A stretch of 64,000 bases of DNA, taken from Trypanosoma brucei (taxonomy: Eukaryota). The stretch spans positions 1 through 64,000 of the forward strand of contig AL929603.2 of the NCBI GenBank assembly GCA_000002445.1, given 5' to 3'. Shown piece after piece: positions 10,101 through 25,100 of the stretch. A program made the translations under genes and the position numbers. Position 1 is the stretch's first letter. Each line of letters opens with the position of its first letter. Under the pieces are notes generated by a model. It did no database searches and was not told where the DNA came from. It saw only the letters and a list, made by a program, of their open reading frames with translations.

Positions 10101-12406
10101 AAACCGAGGAAACTTCTGCTTAGGAGCACTGTGTGTGACATCTGCGACGCGCCTTCACTCACTCATCACCAGTCGAACATTTTAAAATGCACAATTGCCC
10201 CCAGCTATATTTACATTCCAACAAGTCTGCGGTCTATTCCCATCAACGAGAAATCAAAGGGATACGCCGCAATATGGAGTTTCACCAAACGGTGCTGTGG
10301 CCCATTTTGTTTAAGCACCTTTTTAGTGTCCGGAGCTGTAAAAAGCGGAGCAAAATAACAAAACTAAAATACACTGCAACAAAGTACCAGACAATCCTAG
10401 GAAACAATCCGAATGTTGCAATATAAAGTTCAATCAAATAACCGAGTCGCTACCGAAACCAAATCGTTTCGCAAGTCGCTAACGAAGGACGTGAGTGCGG
10501 CGCATTAGCAAGCACGAATCCATTGCGAGCACCTTCAGTGTGACTCACATCACCAATGCAGCCGTAGACACAGTAAATTCCAAACAAGCTTGCCGGAGCG
10601 GGCACTCAAATGCCCAAATAGAGAACACAAACGGAGTCACTCGCATCTTTGCAAAAGTGGGACCTTGATCTGTATTTGTTGCCTCCAGTGTCCTCACGAG
10701 TATCCGCATTTACCAGCTACAAATTGCACACTTGAGCCCCTCCCTCCCTCTTGAGATAGAAGGGAAACCGAACAGGGGAAGCTGACGCCCGAACTGCAAG
10801 GGAAACTCAGCATGGACAGAATGAGACACGGCAAATAAGAACCGATAGAAGATCTCTATGAAGTAGGGAGGGTCACTGCCAACACTCCACCAATTTCGTG
10901 TTAGTACACTTTCCAAACCTTTAAGACCCCTTAAGGAGCGTACAACACATACAAAATGGTAACTGGAATACAGCCACAACCGTGAATCAATCGTAGCGGA
11001 CTAACACTTTCATTTCACAAATCTCCAAATACCAAACACACTCGCCCGTAGCAGAAGCAAATGATCCGAAGCATGGGTAAGAGGCCAGACACGTCCAATA
11101 GCACCGGCGGCACCGGCTGGCATCCGAGCGAAACCTAAAGCGGCTAATTAGCAGACGATGAGGACCAACAAAAAAACACAGAGGCAAATCATCCTTGTCC
11201 CACATACGGAGTGTCGGCTGCCGCTCCGACGAGGACACCTCGGCGCTGCCGCCTGTCCGCCAGATCAGGGACTTCCAAACAGCACATCAACCGCGTCCCT
11301 TCACCATGCTTACCTCCCTGCCGCCAACGAAAATTTTCAGCAATGGCACAACAAACTGCGAAGACAACGTCGACAAAGGACACCGTGCAAAAGGTCAGCC
11401 ACTCCAAACACCACCTACGAAAAGCACAGCGCCGCCCAACTGCGCAGCCGAATTCACCAGCCGAAAACCCCGCCCCGCAGCAAAAGACCGGAACCGCGGA
11501 GGAAGCGGACTAACAGCAAATCGCAGCGCCGACGCCAGAGCGCGATTAAGAAACTGCATCGCGCGCGGGTAACACCATCTTCCTCCCCCCAAAGATTACA
11601 TTACCCCAAGGAACGCCGGCGGCCCGTCCTTTTTCCACGCCTCGCCGACATCGACGCCAAGACGGCTCCGGCCACGCGCAACGTAGTCGCTGACGCACCA
11701 AAGAAAAATCCGGCAGATCACATCGGCCAGCGCTCATTGCCATCGCCTGCTGACTACCGACCACCGTCGGAATTGGTCCGCTTCCTGGAGGAAAAACCAG
11801 AAATTTTTCCAATAGCCTCCCCTGTAACAGATACTGGTGTGGTAATAGGGGGACGATATGTGTAGACGGTTGTCCCGCTTTCCGGACACTGAATCAGCGT
11901 TGTGTCGGACTCGTTTTTTGTAAAACATGGGACAACGTTGATGCAATTCCTCCGAATACATCTCCCTTTATTTAAAGAAAGAAATCCCATCTGCTCTCTC
12001 CGACAACACAGTTAACAATTAAGACACCGCAAGACCTTCATTTATCACGCGTTTCTCGTGTGAAAAGAACACCTCATAACTCTTAAAAATAAACAAATAG
12101 GAAAAAGGGGGCATCACATAAAAGCTGCGACAAATGTATTATCCAGTGTCTTTCATTGGTAACAAACCGAAATATCGCTCTGCATTATAGTGATTCTAAC
12201 CCTGTGAAAAGTACTAAAGAAAGCTCTAGTGATATAGACGTCGATATTCCTTACCTCACACCCATAAAGGAAGAATCACCAACTTTACGCTTGCTTACTT
12301 CACTATAAATTGGCGCCTAGCATCTGTGAAAACTTACCTATTTAACATCAAGGTTAGTCGTCAGATCGATATGGCATCAGTTGTAAGTGCGATAGTTGTA
12401 ACCGTG

Positions 12407-12733
12407 TTAAAGTGGATTACAAATTTCATTGAAAATTTTTTTTGCTGAAGGAAAACATACTGCAACAACAATCTTTACAGCCAATTCATACTCAAGACAA
12501 AGGGCAACACATTCTAGTGTTTCAGCCACAAGCGGTCCGTAACACTGAAAAACATGCTTTTGGCCTGATCCATAATACGATTCAACCAACAAACTCCCTT
12601 CGAAAACTGGCGAGTTGATGTCCTCATCTAGTAAATAAAAAAAGCATCTGAAATATTCTCCTAACAAATCATCAACATTCCTCCCCACAGAAAGACAATA
12701 AGTAAGCCAACCTATTAGCTCTTTCAGTTTCAT
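12407..12733 (-). CDS. Hypothetical 108-aa ORF in the interval where the expression-site promoter and first gene would be expected. It may be spurious.
   Basis: The ORF is on the transcribed (minus) strand ~400 bp downstream (in the minus sense) of the 50-bp array. I recognise no family. It does not resemble the ESAG7/6 N-terminus as I recall it. Confidence 0.15.
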   Translation of the reverse strand: MKLKELIGWLTYCLSVGRNVDDLLGEYFRCFFYLLDEDINSPVFEGSLLVESYYGSGQKHVFQCYGPLVAETLECVALCLEYELAVKIVVAVCFPSAKKIFNEICNPL

Positions 12734-13140
12734 CCGGCAACATAAATCACCCTAAGAACCACATAACAAAAGGAAAAATAACAAATAAAAGTTTCCCACT
12801 AGTTAAACAAAGCATCTTTCACACGCATTATGCACATGAATTTACAATAACTAAAAACAGTGAACATAAAAAAACAAAAAAGTAGTGATAGAAAGCACAA
12901 CACATTTAACAACTTTCACAACTGGGATAAATACCTTATCTAAAGCCAAAACCTTTTAGATATCAAACATATTTTACAAAAAATACATATATTAAAAACA
13001 TTTAAACACAAAAACATGAAACGAACAAAACTTTTCACTACTTAAATTTTAAAAAATAAAACAATAAAATATTATTAAATATAACAATAAAAAATTAATA
13101 ACTAAATAATACACAAAACATATATAAAAATATAATTATT

Positions 13141-16100
13141 ACGCTCTATACTGCCACTTGTGTGAGAATACTTTTAGTACAAGCGAGTACACGCAGTATA
13201 CTGCCACCCCTCTGAGAATACTTTTAGTACAAGCGAGTACACGCAGTATAGTGCTACTTGTGTGAGTATACTTTTAGTACAAGCGAGTACACGCAGTATA
13301 CTGCCACTTGTGTGAGTATACTTTTAGTACAAGCGAGTACACGCAGTATACTGCCACCCCTCTGAGAATACTTTTAGTACAAGCGAGTACACGCAGTATA
13401 GTGCTACTTGTGTGAGTATACTTTTAGTACAAGCGAGTACACGCAGTATACTGCCACTTGTGTGAGTATACTTTTAGTACAAGCGAGTACACGCAGTATA
13501 CTGCCACTTGTGTAAAATAACTTTTAGTACAAGCGAGTACACGCAGTATACCGCCACTTGTGTGAGAATACTTTTTGTACAAGCGAGTACACGCAGTATA
13601 CTGCCACCCCTCTGAGAATACTTTTAGTACAGGGGAGTACACGCAGTATAGTGCCACTTGTGTGAGAATACTTTTTGTACAAGCGAGTACACGCAGTATA
13701 CTGCCACTTGTGTGAGAATACTTTTTGTACAAGCGAGTACACGCAGTATACTGCCAATTGTGAGAGGATACTTTTAGTACCAGCGAGTACACGCAGTATA
13801 CTGCCACTTGTGTGAGATTACTTTTTGTACAGCGAGTACACGCAGTATAGTGCCACTTGTGTGAGAATACTTTTAGTACAAGCGAGTACACGCAGTATAC
13901 TGCCACTTGTGTGAGAATACTTTTTGTACAAGCGAGTACACGCTTTACACTGCTACTTGTGTGAGTATACTTTTAGTACAAGCGAGTACACGCAGTATAC
14001 TGCCACTTGTGTGAGAATACTTTTAGTACAAGCGAGTACACGCAGTATACCGCCACTTGTGTGAGAATACTTTTAGTACAAGCGAGTACACGCAGTATAC
14101 TGCCACTTGTGTGAGAATACTTTTAGTACAAGCGAGTACACGCAGTATAGTGCCACTTGTGTGAGTATACTTTTAGTACAAGCGAGTACACGCAGTATAC
14201 CGCCACTTGTGTGAGAATACTTTTAGTACAAGCGAGTACAAGCAGTATACTGCCACTTGTGTGAGAATACTTTTAGTACAAGCGAGTACACGCAGTATAG
14301 TGCCACTTGTGTGAGTATACTTTTAGTACAAGCGAGTACACGCAGTATAGTGCTACTTGTGTGAGAATACTTTTAGTACAAGCGAGTACACGCAGTATAC
14401 TGCTACTTGTGTGAGAATACTTTTAGTACAAGCGAGTACACGCAGTATACTGCTACTTGTGTGAGAATACTTTTAGTACAAGCGAGTACACGCAGTATAC
14501 TGCTACTTGTGTGAGAATACTTTTAGTACAAGCGAGTACACGCAGTATACTGCTACTTGTGTGAGAATACTTTTAGTACAAGCGAGTACACGCAGTATAG
14601 TGCCACTTGTGTGAGAATACTTTTAGTACAAGCGAGTACACGCAGTATACTGCCACTTGTGTGAGAATACTTTTAGTACAAGCGAGTACACGCAGTATAC
14701 TGCTACTTGTGTGAGAATACTTTTAGTACAAGCGAGTACACGCAGTATACTGCTACTTGTGTGAGAATACTTTTAGTACAAGCGAGTACACGCTGTATAC
14801 TGCCACTTGTGTGAGAATACTTTTAGTAGAGAAGAATACACGCAGTATACTGCCACTTGTGTGAGAATACTTTTAGTACAAGCGAGTACACGCAGTATAC
14901 TGCTACTTGTGTGAGAATACTTTTAGTACAAGCGAGTACACGCAGTATAGTGCCACTTGTGTGAGAATACTTTTAGTACAAGCGAGTACACGCAGCATAC
15001 TGCCACTTGTGTGAGAATACTTTTAGTACAAGCGAGTACACGCAGTATACTGCCACTTGTGTGAGAATACTTTTAGTACAAGCGAGTACACGCAGTATAC
15101 TGCCACGTGTGTGAGAATACTTTTAGTACAAGCGAGTACACGCAGTATAGTGCCACTTGTGTGAGTATACTTTTAGTAGAGAAGAATACACGCAGTAAAC
15201 TGCCACTTGTGTGAGAATACTTTTAGTAGAGAAGAATACACGCAGTATACTGCCACTTGTGTGAGAATACTTTTAGTACAAGCGAGTACACGCAGTATAC
15301 TGCCACTTGTGTGAGAATACTTTTAGTACAAGCGAGTACACGCAGTATACTGCTACTTGTGTGAGAATACTTTTAGTACAAGCGAGTACACGCAGTATAC
15401 TGCCACGTGTGTGAGAATACTTTTAGTACAAGCGAGTACACGCAGTATAGTGCCACTTGTGTGAGAATACTTTTAGTACAAGCGAGTACACGCAGTATAC
15501 TGCCACTTGTGTGAGAATACTTTTAGTACAAGCGAGTACACGCAGTATACTGCCACGTGTGTGAGAATACTTTTAGTACAAGCGAGTACACGCAGTATAC
15601 TGCCACTTGTGTGAGTATACTTTTAGTACAAGCGAGTACACGCAGTATACTGCCACTTGTGTGAGAATACTTTTAGTACAAGCGAGTACACGCAGTATAC
15701 TGCCACTTGTGTGAGAATACTTTTAGTACAAGCGAGTACACGCAGTATAGTGCCACTTGTGTGAGAATACTTTTAGTACAAGCGAGTACACGCTGTATAC
15801 TGCCACTTGTGTGAGAATACTTTTAGTACAAGCGAGTACACGCAGTATACTGCTACTTGTGTGAGAATACTTTTAGTACAAGCGAGTACACGCAGTATAC
15901 TGCTACTTGTGTGAGAATACTTTTAGTACAAGCGAGTACACGCAGTATACTGCTACTTGTGTGAGAATACTTTTAGTACAAGCGAGTACACGCAGTATAC
16001 TGCTACTTGTGTGAGAATACTTTTAGTACAAGCGAGTACACGCAGTATAGTGCCACTTGTGTGAGAATACTTTTAGTACAAGCGAGTACACGCAGTATAC

Positions 16101-19100
16101 TGCCACTTGTGTGAGAATACTTTTAGTACAAGCGAGTACACGCAGTATACTGCTACTTGTGTGAGAATACTTTTAGTACAAGCGAGTACACGCAGTATAC
16201 TGCCACGTGTGTGAGAATACTTTTAGTACAAGCGAGTACACGCAGTATAGTGCCACTTGTGTGAGAATACTTTTAGTACAAGCGAGTACACGCTCTATAC
16301 TGCCACTTGTGTGAGAATACTTTTAGTACAAGCGAGTACACGCTCTATACTGCCACTTGTGTGAGTATACTTTTAGTACAAGCGAGTACACGCAGTATAC
16401 TGCCACTTGTGTGAGAATACTTTTAGTAGAAAAGAATACACGCTCTATACTGCTACTTGTGTGAGAATACTTTTAGTACAAGCGAGTACACGCAGTATAC
16501 TGCCACTTGTGTGAGAATACTTTTAGTAGAGAAGAATACACGCAGTATACTGCCACTTGTGTGAGAATACTTTTAGTACAAGCGAGTACACGCAGTATAC
16601 TGCCACTTGTGTGAGAATACTTTTAGTACAAGCGAGTACACGCTCTACACTGCTACTTGTGTGAGAATACTTTTAGTACAAGCGAGTACACGCAGTATAC
16701 TGCCACTTGTGTGAGAATACTTTTAGTACAAGCGAGTACACGCTCTACACTGCTACTTGTGTGAGAATACTTTTAGTACAAGCGAGTACACGCAGTATAC
16801 TGCCACTTGTGTGAGTATACTTTTAGTACAAGCGAGTACACGCAGTATACTGCCACTTGTGTGAGAATACTTTTAGTACAAGCGAGTACACGCTCTATAC
16901 TGCCACTTGTGTGAGTATACTTTTAGTACAAGCGAGTACACGCAGTATACTGCCACTTGTGTGAGAATACTTTTAGTACAAGCGAGTACACGCAGTATAG
17001 TGCTACTTGTGTGAGAATACTTTTAGTACAAGCGAGTACACGCAGTATAGTGCCACTTGTGAGAGAATACTTTTAGTACAAGCGAGTACACGCAGTATAC
17101 TGCCACTTGTGTGAGAATACTTTTAGTACAAGCGAGTACACGCAGTATAGTGCTACTTGTGTGAGTATACTTTTAGTACAAGCGAGTACACGCAGTATAG
17201 TGCTACTTGTGTGAGAATACTTTTAGTACAAGCGAGTACACGCAGTATACTGCCACTTGTGTGAGAATACTTTTAGTACAAGCGAGTACACGCAGTATAC
17301 TGCCACTTGTGTGAGAATACTTTTAGTACAAGCGAGTACACGCAGTATAGTGCCACTTGTGTGAGAATACTTTTAGTACAAGCGAGTACACGCAGTATAC
17401 TGCCACTTGTGTGAGAATACTTTTAGTACAAGCGAGTACACGCAGTTTACTGCCACTTGTGTGAGAATACTTTTTGTACAAGCGAGTACACGCAGTATAC
17501 TGCCACTTGTGTGAGAATACTTTTAGTACAAGCGAGTACACGCAGTATACTGCTACTTGTGTGAGAATACTTTTAGTACAAGCGAGTACACGCAGTATAC
17601 TGCCACTTGTGTGAGTATACTTTTAGTACAAGCGAGTACACGCAGTATACTGCCACTTGTGAGAGAATACTTTTAGTACAAGCGAGTACACGCAGTATAC
17701 TGCCACTTGTGTGAGAATACTTTTAGTACAAGCGAGTACACGCAGTATACTGCTACTTGTGTGAGAATACTTTTAGTACAAGCGAGTACACGCAGTATAC
17801 TGCCACGTGTGTGAGAATACTTTTAGTACAAGCGAGTACACGCAGTATAGTGCCACTTGTGTGAGAATACTTTTAGTACAAGCGAGTACACGCTGTATAC
17901 TGCTACTTGTGTGAGAATACTTTTAGTACAAGCGAGTACACGCAGTATACTGCCACTTGTGTGAGAATACTTTTAGTACAAGCGAGTACACGCAGTATAC
18001 TGCCACTTGTGTGAGAATACTTTTAGTACAAGCGAGTACACGCAGTATACTGCTACTTGTGTGAGAATACTTTTAGTACAAGCGAGTACACGCAGTATAC
18101 TGCCACTTGTGTGAGAATACTTTTAGTACAAGCGAGTACACGCAGTATACTGCTACTTGTGTGAGAATACTTTTAGTACAAGCGAGTACACGCAGTATAC
18201 TGCTACTTGTGTGAGAATACTTTTAGTACAAGCGAGTACACGCAGTATAGTGCCACTTGTGTGAGAATACTTTTAGTACAAGCGAGTACACGCAGTATAC
18301 TGCCACTTGTGTGAGAATACTTTTAGTACAAGCGAGTACACGCAGTATACTGCTACTTGTGTGAGAATACTTTTAGTACAAGCGAGTACACGCAGTATAC
18401 TGCCACGTGTGTGAGAATACTTTTAGTACAAGCGAGTACACGCAGTATAGTGCCACTTGTGTGAGAATACTTTTAGTACAAGCGAGTACACGCTCTATAC
18501 TGCCACTTGTGTGAGAATACTTTTAGTACAAGCGAGTACACGCAGTATACTGCTACTTGTGTGAGAATACTTTTAGTACAAGCGAGTACACGCAGTATAG
18601 TGCCACTTGTGTGAGAATACTTTTAGTACAAGCGAGTACACGCAGTATAGTGCTACTTGTGTGAGAATACTTTTAGTACAAGCGAGTACACGCAGTATAC
18701 TGCCACTTGTGTGAGAATACTTTTAGTACAAGCGAGTACACGCAGTATACTGCTACTTGTGTGAGAATACTTTTAGTACAAGCGAGTACACGCAGTATAC
18801 TGCCACGTGTGTGAGAATACTTTTAGTACAAGCGAGTACACGCAGTATAGTGCCACTTGTGTGAGAATACTTTTAGTACAAGCGAGTACACGCTCTATAC
18901 TGCTACTTGTGTGAGAATACTTTTAGTACAAGCGAGTACACGCAGTATACTGCTACTTGTGTGAGAATACTTTTAGTACAAGCGAGTACACGCAGTATAG
19001 TGCCACTTGTGTGAGAATACTTTTAGTACAAGCGAGTACACGCAGTATACTGCCACTTGTGTGAGAATACTTTTAGTACAAGCGAGTACACGCAGTATAC

Positions 19101-22100
19101 TGCTACTTGTGTGAGAATACTTTTAGTACAAGCGAGTACACGCAGTATAGTGCCACTTGTGTGAGAATACTTTTAGTACAAGCGAGTACACGCTCTATAC
19201 TGCCACTTGTGTGAGAATACTTTTAGTACAAGCGAGTACACGCAGTATACTGCTACTTGTGTGAGAATACTTTTAGTACAAGCGAGTACACGCAGTATAC
19301 TGCCACTTGTGTGAGAATACTTTTAGTACAAGCGAGTACACGCAGTATAGTGCCACTTGTGTGAGAATACTTTTAGTACAAGCGAGTACACGCTCTATAC
19401 TGCCACTTGTGTGAGAATACTTTTAGTACAAGCGAGTACACGCAGTATACTGCTACTTGTGTGAGAATACTTTTAGTACAAGCGAGTACACGCAGTATAC
19501 TGCTACTTGTGTGAGAATACTTTTAGTACAAGCGAGTACACGCAGTATACTGCTACTTGTGTGAGAATACTTTTAGTACAAGCGAGTACACGCAGTATAC
19601 TGCTACTTGTGTGAGAATACTTTTAGTACAAGCGAGTACACGCAGTATAGTGCCACTTGTGTGAGAATACTTTTAGTACAAGCGAGTACACGCAGTATAC
19701 TGCCACTTGTGTGAGAATACTTTTAGTACAAGCGAGTACACGCAGTATACTGCTACTTGTGTGAGAATACTTTTAGTACAAGCGAGTACACGCAGTATAC
19801 TGCCACGTGTGTGAGAATACTTTTAGTACAAGCGAGTACACGCAGTATAGTGCCACTTGTGTGAGAATACTTTTAGTACAAGCGAGTACACGCTCTATAC
19901 TGCCACTTGTGTGCGTATACTTTTAGTACAAGCGAGTACACGCAGTATACTGCTACTTGTGTGAGATACTTTTAGTACAAGCGAGTACACGCAGTATACT
20001 GCTACTTGTGTGAGAATACTTTTAGTACAAGCGAGTACACGCAGTATAGTGCCACTTGTGTGAGAATACTTTTAGTACAAGCGAGTACACGCAGTATACT
20101 GCCACTTGTGTGAGAATACTTTTAGTACAAGCGAGTACACGCAGTATAGTGCCACTTGTGTGAGTATACTTTTAGTACAAGCGAGTACACGCAGTATACC
20201 GCCACTTGTGTGAGAATACTTTTAGTACAAGCGAGTACACGCAGTATACTGCCACTTGTGTGAGAATACTTTTAGTACAAGCGAGTACACGCAGTATAGT
20301 GCCACTTGTGTGAGAATACTTTTAGTACAAGCGAGTACACGCAGCATACTGCCACTTGTGTGAGAATACTTTTAGTACAAGCGAGTACACGCAGTATACT
20401 GCCACTTGTGTGAGAATACTTTTTGTACAAGCGAGTACACGCAGTATACTGCCACCCCTCTGAGAATACTTTTAGTACAAGCGAGTACACGCAGTATACC
20501 GCCACTTGTGTGAGAATACTTTTTGTACAAGCGAGTACACGCAGTATACTGCCACTTGTGAGAGAATACTTTTAGTACAAGCGAGTACACGCAGTATACT
20601 GCCACTTGTGTGAGAATACTTTTTGTACAAGCGAGTACACGCAGTATACTGCCACTTGTGTGAGAATACTTTTAGTACAAGCGAGTACACGCAGTATACT
20701 GCTACTTGTGTGAGAATACTTTTAGTACAAGCGAGTACACGCAGTATACTGCTACTTGTGTGAGAATACTTTTAGTACAAGCGAGTACACGCTGTATACT
20801 GCCACTTGTGTGAGAATACTTTTAGTACAAGCGAGTACACGCAGTATACTGCCACTTGTGTGAGAATACTTTTAGTACAAGCGAGTACACGCAGTATACT
20901 GCTACTTGTGTGAGAATACTTTTAGTACAAGCGAGTACACGCAGTATAGTGCCACTTGTGTGAGAATACTTTTAGTACAAGCGAGTACACGCAGTATACT
21001 GCCACTTGTGTGAGAATACTTTTAGTACAAGCGAGTACACGCAGTATACTGCCACTTGTGTGAGAATACTTTTAGTACAAGCGAGTACACGCAGTATACT
21101 GCTACTTGTGTGAGAATACTTTTAGTACAAGCGAGTACACGCAGTATACTGCCACTTGTGTGAGAATACTTTTAGTACAAGCGAGTACACGCAGTATACT
21201 GCCACTTGTGTGAGAATACTTTTAGTACAAGCGAGTACACGCAGTATACTGCACGTGTGTGAGAAATACTTTAGTACAAGCGAGTACACGCTCTATACTG
21301 TGACTTGTGTGAGAATACTCTTAGTACAAGCGAGTACACGCAGTATAGTGCCACTTGTGTGAGAATACTTTTAGTACAAGCGAGTACACGCAGTATACTG
21401 CCACTTGTGTGAGAATACTTTTAGTACAAGCGAGTACACGCAGTATACTGCCACTTGTGTGAGAATACTTTTAGTACAAGCGAGTACACGCAGTATACTG
21501 CCACGTGTGTGAGAATACTTTTAGTACAAGCGAGTACACGCAGTATAGTGCCACTTGTGTGAGAATACTTTTAGTACAAGCGAGTACACGCTGTATACTG
21601 CCACTTGTGTGAGAATACTTTTAGTACAAGCGAGTACACGCAGTATACTGCTACTTGTGTGAGAATACTTTTAGTACAAGCGAGTACACGCAGTATACTG
21701 CTACTTGTGTGAGAATACTTTTAGTACAAGCGAGTACACGCAGTATACTGCCACGTGTGTGAGAATACTTTTAGTACAAGCGAGTACACGCAGTATAGTG
21801 CCACTTGTGTGAGAATACTTTTAGTACAAGCGAGTACACGCTGTATACTGCCACTTGTGTGAGAATACTTTTAGTACAAGCGAGTACACGCAGTATAGTG
21901 CCACTTGTGTGAGAATACTTTTAGTACAAGCGAGTACACGCAGTATACTGCCACTTGTGTGAGAATACTTTAGTACAAGCGAGTACACGCAGTTTACTGC
22001 CACTTGTGTGAGAATACTTCTTGTACAAGCGAGTACACGCAGTATACTGCCACTTGTGTGAGAATACTTTTAGTACAAGCGAGTACACGCAGTATACTGC

Positions 22101-25100
22101 TACTTGTGTGAGAATACTTTTAGTACAAGCGAGTACACGCAGTATACTGCCACTTGTGTGAGTATACTTTTAGTACAAGCGAGTACACGCAGTATACTGC
22201 CACTTGTGAGAGAATACTTTTAGTACAAGCGAGTACACGCAGTATACTGCCACTTGTGTGAGAATACTTTTAGTACAGGGGAGTACACGCAGTATACTGC
22301 CACTTGTGTGAGAATACTTTTAGTACAAGCGAGTACACGCAGTATACTGCCACTTGTGTGAGAATACTTTTAGTACAAGCGAGTACACGCAGTATACTGC
22401 CACTTGTGTGAGAATACTTTTAGTACAAGCGAGTACACGCAGTATACTGCCACGTGTGTGAGAATACTTTTAGTACAAGCGAGTACACGCAGTATACTGC
22501 CACTTGTGTGAGTATACTTTTAGTAGAGAAGAATACACGCAGTATACTGCCACTTGTGTGAGAATACTTTTAGTAGAGAGCGAGTACACGCAGATCTGCC
22601 CTTGTGTGAGAATACTTTTAGGTACAAGGCGAGGTACACGCAGTATACATGCCACTTGTGTGAGAATACTTTTAGGTACAAGGCGAGGTACCACGCAGGT
22701 ATACTGCCACGTGTGTGAGAATACTTTTAGGTACAAGGCGAGGTACACGCAGGTATAGGTGCCACTTGTGTGAGTATACTTTTAGTAGAGAAGAGATACA
22801 CCAGGTAACTGCCACTTGTGTGAGAATACTTTTAGTACAGGCGAGTACACGCTTTATACTACCACCCCTCTGAGAATACTTTTAGGACAAGCGAGTACAC
22901 GCAGTATACTGCCACTTGTGTTAGAATACTTTTAGTAGAGAAGAATACACGCAGTATACTGCCACTTGTGTGAGAATACTTTTAGTAGAGAAGAATACAC
23001 GCCAGTTTACTGCCACTTGTGTGAGAATACTTTTAGTACAAGCGAGTACACGCAGTATACTGCCACTTGTGTGAGAATACTTTTAGTACAAGCGAGTACA
23101 CGCAGTATACTGCTACTTGTGTGAGAATACTTTTAGTACAAGCGAGTACACGCAGTATAGTGCCACTTGTGTGAGAATACTTTTAGTACAAGCGAGTACA
23201 CGCAGTATACTGCCACTTGTGTGAGAATACTTTTAGTACAAGCGAGTACACGCAGTATACTGCCACTTGTGTGAGAATACTTTTAGTACAAGCGAGTACA
23301 CGCAGTATACTGCCACTTGTGTGAGAATACTTTTAGTACAAGCGAGTACACGCAGTATAGTGCTACTTGTGTGAGAATACTTTTAGTACAAGCGAGTACA
23401 CGCAGTATACTGCCACTTGTGTGAGAATACTTTTAGTACAAGCGAGTACACGCAGTATACTGCCACTTGTGTGAGAATACTTTTAGTACAAGCGAGTACA
23501 CGCAGTATAGTGCCACTTGTGTGAGAATACTTTTAGTACAAGCGAGTACACGCAGTATACTGCCACTTGTGTGAGAATACTTTTAGTACAAGCGAGTACA
23601 CGCAGTATACTGCCACTTGTGTGAGAATACTTTTAGTACAAGCGAGTACACGCAGTATACTGCCACTTGTGTGAGAATACTTTTAGTACAAGCGAGTACA
23701 CGCAGTATACTGCTACTTGTGTGAGAATACTTTTAGTACAAGCGAGTACACGCAGTATACTGCCACTTGTGTGAGAATACTTTTAGTACAAGCGAGTACA
23801 CGCAGTATAGTGCCACTTGTGTGAGTATACTTTTAGTACAAGCGAGTACACGCTGTATACTGCCACTTGTGTGAGAATACTTTTAGTACAAGCGAGTACA
23901 CGCAGTATACTGCCACTTGTGTGAGAATACTTTTAGTACAAGCGAGTACACGCAGTATAGTGCCACTTGTGTGAGAATACTTTTAGTACAAGCGAGTACA
24001 CGCAGTATACTGCCACGTGTGTGAGAATACTTTTAGTACAAGCGAGTACACGCAGTATAGTGCCACTTGTGTGAGAATACTTTTAGTACAAGCGAGTACA
24101 CGCAGTATACTGCCACTTGTGTGAGAATACTTTTAGTACAAGCGAGTACACGCAGTATAGTGCCACTTGTGTGAGAATACTTTTAGTACAAGCGAGTACA
24201 CGCTCTATACTGCCACTTGTGTGAGAATACTTTTAGTACAAGCGAGTACACGCAGTATACTGCTACTTGTGTGAGAATACTTTTAGTACAAGCGAGTACA
24301 CGCAGTATACTGCTACTTGTGTGAGAATACTTTTAGTACAAGCGAGTACACGCAGTATACTGCTACTTGTGTGAGAATACTTTTAGTACAAGCGAGTACA
24401 CGCAGTATACTGCTACTTGTGTGAGAATACTTTTAGTACAAGCGAGTACACGCAGTATAGTGCCACTTGTGTGAGAATACTTTTAGTACAAGCGAGTACA
24501 CGCAGTATACTGCCACTTGTGTGAGAATACTTTTAGTACAAGCGAGTACACGCAGTATACTGCTACTTGTGTGAGAATACTTTTAGTACAAGCGAGTACA
24601 CGCAGTATACTGCCACGTGTGTGAGAATACTTTTAGTACAAGCGAGTACACGCAGTATAGTGCCACTTGTGTGAGAATACTTTTAGTACAAGCGAGTACA
24701 CGCTCTATACTGCCACTTGTGTGAGAATACTTTTAGTACAAGCGAGTACACGCAGTATACTGCTACTTGTGTGAGAATACTTTTAGTACAAGCGAGTACA
24801 CGCAGTATACTGCTACTTGTGTGAGAATACTTTTAGTACAAGCGAGTACACGCAGTATAGTGCCACTTGTGTGAGAATACTTTTAGTACAAGCGAGTACA
24901 CGCAGTATACTGCCACTTGTGTGAGAATACTTTTAGTACAAGCGAGTACACGCAGTATACTGCTACTTGTGTGAGAATACTTTTAGTACAAGCGAGTACA
25001 CGCAGTATAGTGCCACTTGTGTGAGAATACTTTTAGTACAAGCGAGTACACGCTCTATACTGCCACTTGTGTGAGAATACTTTTAGTACAAGCGAGTACA

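Noticed and set aside
11158-11865. 235-aa plus-strand ORF rich in R/K/P/S/T
   Set aside because: It lies in a GC/CA-rich block where several frames on both strands are open, and it has a low-complexity basic composition with no domain. It is most likely not coding.
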